A DNA stretch of 64,000 nt from the NCBI GenBank assembly GCA_965200315.1, contig OZ241362.1, forward strand, positions 3,488,001 through 3,552,000, written 5' to 3'. The notes below the pieces were generated by a model. That model did no database searches. It was given only the letters and a program-made list of their open reading frames with translations, and had not been told where the DNA came from. The DNA comes from Candidatus Latescibacterota bacterium. GTDB taxonomy: Bacteria; Latescibacterota; UBA2968; UBA8231. The stretch's first letter is position 1, and each line of letters begins with the position of its first letter. Below, in pieces: positions 58,043-64,000 of the stretch. The translations under genes and the position numbers were made by a program.

Positions 58043-59188
58043 TTAGAATAAGACGAGGTCGTCGCGGTGGATGACTTCGCGGGCGGGGCGGCCCAATGCA
58101 CTGGCGACTTCGGGCGAGCTCATGCCCAATATGCGGCGCAGCTCAGAGGACGAGTAGCGGCACAAGCCCCTCCCCAGCTTCTCGCCGCGCTCGCCAATCA
58201 CCTGTACCACATCGCCCGCGTCAAACTCGCCCTCGCAGGAGACGACCCCTACTGGAAGCAGGCTCTTGTCCTGCTCGGCAATGGCGCGTTGGGCCCCGCG
58301 GTCAATCACCGCATTGCCGCGACACTGGCTGGCAAAACCGATCCAGCGATGCCGGCTGTTGAGCTTGCGGCCAGTCGGCAGAAAGAGCGTCCCTTGCTCG
58401 CGGCCGGCGAGGATGTGGTGCAAGCGGTGTTTGCGCCCGTGCGCGATGACCACCATTTCGCCGCAGGCCATCAAAAGCCGAGCGGCTCGCAGCTTAGTCG
58501 CCATACCGCCACTGCCGCGCCCGTCGAGCGAGCGACCAATCATCCCCTCTAGGTCGAGGCTGTCTTGGCTTACTTGGTTTACTAGCTTGCCTTCGGGGCC
58601 GTGCGGACCGAAGGCGTGGTACAGCCCCTCGACATCCGAAAACATGACCAACATATCCGCCCGAATCAGGTTCGTCACATAAGCAGCAAGCATATCGTTT
58701 TCTCCGAGCTGACGGCGGAGTTCGGCAACGGCGACGCTGTCGTTTTCGTTGATTAGGGGCACGGCCCCATAGGCAAAGAGGTTGCGAAAGGTGTTTTCGA
58801 GATTTACGTAGCGATGGCGGTCGCCGAGGATGTCCTCGGCGGTTAAGAGCACTTGGCCGATGGGTACTCCGCAGCGGTGAAATTTGTCCTTGTAGATATC
58901 CATCAACAGGACTTGGCCGATGGCCGCGAGGGCTTGTAGTTGGGCGATGTTGTCTGGGCGTCTGTCCAATTCCATCCGCCCCATGCCCGCGGCCACCGCT
59001 CCCGAGGTGATGATCGCTACCTCCAATCCCTGTGAGCGCAATTCGGCTACGTCTTCGACGAGTTGGGTGACGACCTCGTCGTCGAGCTTGTGGCACCGAG
59101 TGGTCAGGGAGCTACTGCCGATCTTGACTACCAGCCGCTGCACTTCGCTCATCAGTGCCGGCCGCGACACTTCGGTTGCCTCGGTCAC
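58043..59188 (-). CDS. proB: Glutamate 5-kinase
   Basis: VVKIGSS, TSGAVAAG, INEND, GGMATK, PUA domain. Confidence 0.97.
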   Translation of the reverse strand: MTEATEVSRPALMSEVQRLVVKIGSSSLTTRCHKLDDEVVTQLVEDVAELRSQGLEVAIITSGAVAAGMGRMELDRRPDNIAQLQALAAIGQVLLMDIYKDKFHRCGVPIGQVLLTAEDILGDRHRYVNLENTFRNLFAYGAVPLINENDSVAVAELRRQLGENDMLAAYVTNLIRADMLVMFSDVEGLYHAFGPHGPEGKLVNQVSQDSLDLEGMIGRSLDGRGSGGMATKLRAARLLMACGEMVVIAHGRKHRLHHILAGREQGTLFLPTGRKLNSRHRWIGFASQCRGNAVIDRGAQRAIAEQDKSLLPVGVVSCEGEFDAGDVVQVIGERGEKLGRGLCRYSSSELRRILGMSSPEVASALGRPAREVIHRDDLVLF

Positions 59189-59958
59189 TGGCGCACCGTG
59201 ACTCCGCGCTCGCGCAGAAAGCTCTTAACTTCGGGGATAGAGTAATGCTGGAAGTGGAAGATGGAGGCCGCCAGCGCGGCGCTGGCCTCGCCTTCGGTCA
59301 GCACCTTGTGGATGTGGTCGAGGTTGCCGGCGCCGCCCGAGGCGACGATGGGCACATCCACGTGGCGCGCCACTGCTTGGTTTAGCGCGAGGTCGTACCC
59401 AGCGCGCGTCCCGTCGGCGTCGATGCTGTTGAGCACCAACTCGCCCGCTCCGCGATCGACGAGAGCTTCTACCCACTCTAAGGCGTCGATGCCGGTAGCT
59501 TTGCGGCCGCCGTTGATGTACAGCTCCCACGATGGCGGCTCGCCGGGCGCGGTTGGACGCCTGAGCGCGTCGATAGCCGCGACAATGCACTGCGAGCCGA
59601 AGCTCTCCGCGCTTTGGTTGATGATTTCCGGCGAATACACATGGGCCGAGTTGATCGAGACCTTATCGGCACCGGTCTTGAGAATGTGGCGCACATCCGC
59701 AAAGGTGCGAATGCCGCCGCCGACCATTAGAGGAATGAATACTCGCTCGGAGACTTGGCGCACGAGATCCATGACGATGGCGCGGCCATCGGCCGAAGCA
59801 GTGATGTCGTAGAAGACGAGCTCGTCTGCACCCTCGGCGTCGTAGCGTGCAGCTAGCTCGACGGGATCGCCGGCGTCGCGGTCGGCCGAAAAGCGTACTC
59901 CGCGCACGTTGCGGCCATTTTTGACATCTAGACAGGGAATGATTCGCTTGGCGAGCAT
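59185..59958 (-). CDS. hisF: Imidazole glycerol phosphate synthase cyclase subunit
   Basis: MLAKRIIPCLDV, GADELVFYDI, ASGGAG, AASIFH. Confidence 0.98.
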   Translation of the reverse strand: MLAKRIIPCLDVKNGRNVRGVRFSADRDAGDPVELAARYDAEGADELVFYDITASADGRAIVMDLVRQVSERVFIPLMVGGGIRTFADVRHILKTGADKVSINSAHVYSPEIINQSAESFGSQCIVAAIDALRRPTAPGEPPSWELYINGGRKATGIDALEWVEALVDRGAGELVLNSIDADGTRAGYDLALNQAVARHVDVPIVASGGAGNLDHIHKVLTEGEASAALAASIFHFQHYSIPEVKSFLRERGVTVRQ

Positions 59959-59965
59959 AATCTCT

Positions 59966-60568
59966 TCAGCTCAGGCGTGCGAAGTTGTCGAGAAGGCGCA
60001 AGCCGTGGACTTGGCTCTTTTCTGGATGAAATTGTACTCCAAAGACGCGGCCGTTCCCGGCGACTGAAGTGTAGTCAATCCCGTAGTCGGTCGTGGCGAC
60101 GCAATCGTCTTTGTTTTTGTTGACCACGTAATAAGAATGCACAAAATAGAAAAAACTTCCTTCGGGTACGCCCCCTAAAAGCGAGACCTTGCGCTTGATG
60201 GCGATTTGGTTCCAGCCGATCTGTGGCACTCGCTCGGTAGGCGGGAAACGCACGCATTTGCCCGGCAGGATTCCGAGGCCGCGATGCCTCCCCATTTCCT
60301 CGCTTTCCTCGAACATGAGCTGCAATCCCACGCAGATTCCCAAGAAGGGTTTGTCAGCCGCGATGCCCTCGGCGATGGCTGCATCCCAACCGGCGGTCTG
60401 CAAGTTGTGCATGGCATCGCCAAAGGCCGCGTCGCCGGGCAGTACGAGATGCGTGGCCGCGCTTAGGCGCTCGGGGGCTTCGACGATCTCGGCTTCATAG
60501 CCAAGGAATTCAAAGGCTTTCTGTACGCTGCGCAGATTGCCCATGCCGTAGTCGATGACTGCAATCAC
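59966..60568 (-). CDS. hisH: Imidazole glycerol phosphate synthase glutaminase subunit
   Basis: DYGMGNLRSV, GICVG, YFVHSY, QFHPEKS. Confidence 0.98.
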   Translation of the reverse strand: MIAVIDYGMGNLRSVQKAFEFLGYEAEIVEAPERLSAATHLVLPGDAAFGDAMHNLQTAGWDAAIAEGIAADKPFLGICVGLQLMFEESEEMGRHRGLGILPGKCVRFPPTERVPQIGWNQIAIKRKVSLLGGVPEGSFFYFVHSYYVVNKNKDDCVATTDYGIDYTSVAGNGRVFGVQFHPEKSQVHGLRLLDNFARLS

Positions 60569-61371
60569 GACTGCCCCAGCTCAGCGGAGCGCTCGGCTGC
60601 GGCCAACACGGTGCTGATCAGAGCGTCGCGCAGGCCCTTTTCTTCTAGCTTGTGCAGCCCGGCAGCCGTAGTGCCGCCCGGCGAAGTAACTTGGTCCCTG
60701 AGCACGGCCGGATGCTCACCGCTTTCGAGCACGAGGTGCGCGGCACCGAGCAGAGTTTGTGCGGCGAGTGTCAATGCGGTTTTGCGCGGTAGGCCGGCGC
60801 GTACGCCGCCGTCGGCGAGAGCCTCGATGACGGTGTAAGCCCAAGCCGGGCCGCTGCCGGAAAGTCCGGTAACGGCGTCCATGAGACTTTCGGCGACCTC
60901 GACTGTAGTACCGACTAAGTCGAAGAGAGACCGCACTTGCGCCACCTGCTCTGCGCTGGCAGCGCGACCCGTGCAGAGAGCGCAAGCCGCACCCCTGATC
61001 CTCACCAGCGTCTGCGGCATGACGCGCACCACGGGGATTTGTGCAGGCAGTAGCTCTTCGAGTCGGGCAGTCGATACGCCGGCCATGAGCGAGACGACAA
61101 TCTGCTGGGTGCTAAAATGCGTGGCTAGCGCCTTCAATACGGGATCGGCCACTTGCGGCTTGAGCACCAAAATCACCAAGTCCTGACCGCGAACCGCATC
61201 TGCTGAGTCCGCGCTGGTGTGGACGCCCAACGCCGACAAGCCTTCGAGGGCTTCCGGCCTGATGTCGGCCGCGGTTATCTGACCCACAGGAAGTTGACCA
61301 ACCAAACCCTCGATCAGCGCCCGCCCCATGTTGCCGGTACCCACAAACCCCAATTTGCTCTTTTCGATCAT
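60565..61371 (-). CDS. proC: Pyrroline-5-carboxylate reductase
   Basis: GTGNMG, LKPQ, SGSGPA, VTSPGGTT. Confidence 0.97.
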   Translation of the reverse strand: MIEKSKLGFVGTGNMGRALIEGLVGQLPVGQITAADIRPEALEGLSALGVHTSADSADAVRGQDLVILVLKPQVADPVLKALATHFSTQQIVVSLMAGVSTARLEELLPAQIPVVRVMPQTLVRIRGAACALCTGRAASAEQVAQVRSLFDLVGTTVEVAESLMDAVTGLSGSGPAWAYTVIEALADGGVRAGLPRKTALTLAAQTLLGAAHLVLESGEHPAVLRDQVTSPGGTTAAGLHKLEEKGLRDALISTVLAAAERSAELGQS

Positions 61372-61658
61372 TAATTTTTAGACCTCAAAATACGACAAAT
61401 TCCAAGCGCAAAAATTAAAATGCCCGTTTTCGCAAATTATGTCAAACGCCTCTAGGGAGGGCATTTTCCCCTATGAAGAAGCTACATTTTTGCTTGACTT
61501 ATACTGCCCTCGTACTATATTGAAAAGACTAATGTTGTAGCTGCACAAAACGGGTAGAATCGGCCTTAAATTTCACGAGGCGAAAGAGGCCGAGAAACCA
61601 AATTCTTAAACAACCCCCTTTCGTGGGTTTTACCCCTACAGCCAAAGGAGAACTTTTT

Positions 61659-62048
61659 ATGGCGAAGAAGAAACCTGTTGCCAAGAAGAAGGCCGCTGGC
61701 AAGAAGAAGGCTGCTCCTGAGAAGGCCGCTGGCAAGAAGAAGGCTGCTCCTGAGAAGGCCGCCGCCAAGAAGAAGGCTGCTCCTGAGAAGGCGAAACGCA
61801 AGCCCAATCCCGCTTTCATGAGGCCCTTGCAGCCCGACGCCGCCCTAGGGGCTATAGTCGGTAACAAGCCCTTGCCGCGTACTCAGATTACCAAGAAAAT
61901 CTGGGCGTACATCAAGAAGAATGGTCTGCAAGACCAGAAAAACAAGCGCATGATTAATGCCGACGACAAGCTCAAAGCCATCTTCGGCGGTGCGAAGAAA
62001 GTGAGCATGTTTGACTTGCCCAAACGAGTTAATGAGCATGTGGAATAG
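61659..62048 (+). CDS. SWIB/MDM2-domain protein with a histone H1-like Lys/Ala N-terminal tail
   Basis: KPNPAFMRP..LPRTQITKKIWAYIKKNGLQD..INADDKL..VSMF; AAGGAG SD. Confidence 0.92.
   Translation: MAKKKPVAKKKAAGKKKAAPEKAAGKKKAAPEKAAAKKKAAPEKAKRKPNPAFMRPLQPDAALGAIVGNKPLPRTQITKKIWAYIKKNGLQDQKNKRMINADDKLKAIFGGAKKVSMFDLPKRVNEHVE
61701..61792 (+). repeat. 33-bp in-frame tandem repeat, about 2.8 copies (KKKAAPEKAAG)
   Basis: AAGAAGAAGGCTGCTCCTGAGAAGGC begins at 61701, 61734 and 61767. Confidence 0.9.
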
Positions 62049-62085
62049 TTACTCCTGAGCAAGACATCATAGTCTAGTGCCATTG

Positions 62086-62120
62086 GAGAGGGATCCCCAG
62101 CGGGGAGTCCCTCTCTTTGT
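62086..62120 (+). terminator. Probable terminator hairpin
   Basis: GAGAGGGATCCCC-loop-GGGGAGTCCCTCTC followed by TTTGTT. Confidence 0.65.
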
Positions 62121-62138
62121 TACATTACCCTCGCGTCT

Positions 62139-63191
62139 ATGACCCCTGAATTTGTTGAGCTAGTTCTAGCCGTTAGCGTCGTCCTCGTCGTATCCTGTGT
62201 TTGTTCGCTCTTGGAAGCTGCGCTCTATTCGCTGCCGGCCAGTCAGATCGAAATGCTGGCCGACCAAGGGCGCACTTCGGGCAAGATCCTCAAGAGCTTG
62301 CACGCGGATATCCAGCGCCCCATCTCGGCCATCCTCACGCTGAATACCTTGGCCCATACTGGCGGAGCTGCCATTGCCGGTGCCGCCTTTGTCGGAGTAT
62401 TTCCGCGGACTTGGGAGACGTACTTTATCATCGCCTTCTCGCTGGCGGTACTCATCTTTACAGAGATTCTTCCCAAGACGGTAGGCGTGGTGCATGCCCG
62501 CGTTCTCGCTCGGTTTATAGCTCGCCCGATCCAATGGCTGGTATGGCTGTTTGCGCCCTTTATTTGGCTCAACAAATTCATCGTTCGGCTCATAACCGCT
62601 GGGGCGCCCGATGTGCCGGAGGTCGTGCCGGAAGAGATTGAGATTATCGCACGGATGAGCCGCCGATCCGGTGCCATTTCCCACGACCAAGAGCGCGTCA
62701 TCCAAAACATCCTCAAGCTCGACGAATTGCGCGCCCGCGATATTATGACCCCGCGCACAGTAGTCCACTGTCTAGACCGCGACTTGACCTTGGCCGAGGC
62801 CCGCCAGCAGTCCGGTAGCTGGTCTCACAGCCGGGTGCCCCTCTATCAGGAAGAGCGGGAAAACATCGTCGGCTTGGTGCTGCGGCGCGATGCGTTCAGT
62901 GCCTTGGCCGATGGCCGCGACCAAGCCAAGCTATATGAGGTTGGCCGTTCCATCCATGCGGTGCCCGAGTCGGCGCGGGCCAGCCGCCTACTCGAAGAAT
63001 TCATCCAGCGGCGCGAGCACCTTTTTGCCGTCGTCGATGAATACGGTGGATTCGCTGGCATCGTTACCTTGGAGGACGTGATTGAAGAAATCGTCGGTCA
63101 GGAGATTGTCGGCGAATTCGATCCGGCCGTCGATATGCAGGAGCGTGCGCGGCAGGAGCGCCAAGACCTGACCGACTCAGCACCAGAATGA
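62139..63191 (+). CDS. CNNM/DUF21-CBS domain (hemolysin family) membrane protein
   Basis: CSLLEAAL, AILTLNT, EILPK, IMTPR, HSRVP, VDEYGG..VTLEDVIEEIVG. Confidence 0.92.
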   Translation: MTPEFVELVLAVSVVLVVSCVCSLLEAALYSLPASQIEMLADQGRTSGKILKSLHADIQRPISAILTLNTLAHTGGAAIAGAAFVGVFPRTWETYFIIAFSLAVLIFTEILPKTVGVVHARVLARFIARPIQWLVWLFAPFIWLNKFIVRLITAGAPDVPEVVPEEIEIIARMSRRSGAISHDQERVIQNILKLDELRARDIMTPRTVVHCLDRDLTLAEARQQSGSWSHSRVPLYQEERENIVGLVLRRDAFSALADGRDQAKLYEVGRSIHAVPESARASRLLEEFIQRREHLFAVVDEYGGFAGIVTLEDVIEEIVGQEIVGEFDPAVDMQERARQERQDLTDSAPE

Positions 63192-63267
63192 GGTCGCCTG
63201 TTCAGCGCGTCTTTTTTTGCCTAAGTTTTTACTCGCTGTCTAAGTACCCGACCGTAGCGTGGTCTGG

Positions 63268-63338
63268 GATGCTTCGCTTTGCTCAGCATGACAACCGGGG
63301 TGTCGGCACCGGTCCTGTGGAGCGGAGTCGAAGTATCT
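63268..63338. repeat. Inverted pair of REP-like elements
   Basis: GATGCTTCGCTTTGCTCAGCATGACA and degenerate inverse GTCCTGTGGAGCGGAGTCGAAGTATCT. Confidence 0.55.
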
Positions 63339-63444
63339 TAATAGATCCGCAGATGGACGCAGAATCTATTGTGTAACGTCCGTTGAAGTACTGTCGGGTA
63401 CTTAGCTCGCTGTTAAACCCTCTCAAAAGGAGTATTTACGGACG

Positions 63445-64000
63445 ATGAAAGCGCTCGTCGCGCTCGCGGACGGCACTGTCTTTGAGGGCCGTGCCCTGGG
63501 CCGCGGGGGTGAGTGCCTCGGCGAAATGGTCTTCAATACTAGCATGACCGGCTATCAGGAGATTCTCACAGACCCCTCCTATGCCGGCCAGATTGTCACC
63601 ATGACGTACCCACTCATAGGCAACTACGGGATCGCGCCCGAAGACGATGAATCAGCGCGGCCCCAAGTTAGCGGCTTCCTGATGAAAGAGTGCTCTCGTC
63701 TGCCGAGTAGCTGGCGGGCGCGCCAGAGTCTGCCCGAATACCTCGAAGAGCACGGCGTTTTGGGCATCGAGGGCATCGATACCCGCGAATTGACCCGGCG
63801 AGTGCGCATCAAGGGCGTGATGGACGCCGCCATTTCCACCACAGACCTCGACCCGGACAGCTTAGTCGAAAAGGCGTGTGCTTGGCCGGGGTTGGTCGGT
63901 GTGGACATGGTAGCCGCCGTTAGCTGCTCTGCGCCTTACGTCGAAAGCCCCCAAGCCCCGCGCTTCCACGTCGTTGCCCTAGACTACGGAATTAAGCGCA
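63445..64000 (+). CDS. carA: Carbamoyl-phosphate synthase small subunit (partial, runs off window end)
   Basis: MKALVALADGTVFEG..GEMVFNTSMTGYQEILTDPSYAGQIVTMTYPLIGNYG..GIDTRELTR; AAGGAG SD. Confidence 0.97.
   Translation, partial: MKALVALADGTVFEGRALGRGGECLGEMVFNTSMTGYQEILTDPSYAGQIVTMTYPLIGNYGIAPEDDESARPQVSGFLMKECSRLPSSWRARQSLPEYLEEHGVLGIEGIDTRELTRRVRIKGVMDAAISTTDLDPDSLVEKACAWPGLVGVDMVAAVSCSAPYVESPQAPRFHVVALDYGIKR

Noticed and set aside
46636-61371. Many overlapping alternative-frame ORFs in the core region
   Set aside because: Expected shadows in high-GC DNA; each overlaps a well-supported housekeeping gene

Overview
A GC-rich bacterial chromosome segment in two parts. From about 46.6 kb to the end it is core genome: prpC-prpB-purA-serA-engB-clpX-clpP-tig-tRNA-Leu-glyQS-recO-ftsB-like-proB-hisF-hisH-proC, a SWIB protein, a CNNM/CBS protein and the start of carA. 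From 1 to about 46 kb it is an accessory catabolic region: several PhyH dioxygenases, three Gfo/Idh/MocA oxidoreductases, a sugar ABC transporter, a TonB receptor, a sulfatase-like protein, and Kelch and L-domain repeat proteins. That gene content, a C-terminal TWGRIK motif and a eukaryote-type GlyRS suggest (inference only) a Latescibacterota/Poribacteria-like organism, possibly a sponge symbiont. Lower-GC inserts punctuate the accessory region, and most are relics of defence or toxin genes broken by deletion. Two loci stand out. (1) A complete 1843-bp IS1595-family element (perfect 23-bp TIRs, 8-bp TSD) splits a MATE gene and carries a half-length type I R-M specificity (HsdS) gene plus an orphan ORF, with an inward-facing promoter starting in each TIR. 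(2) A low-GC module at 19.17-20.87 kb has a near-consensus sigma70 promoter, a 134-nt self-closing structured RNA, three overlapping micro-ORFs (one a 37-aa single-TM peptide with a basic tail) and an Era-like GTPase-DUF697 gene. No CRISPR array, rRNA, integrase or reverse transcriptase was seen. All family assignments come from motif recognition by eye, not database searches.
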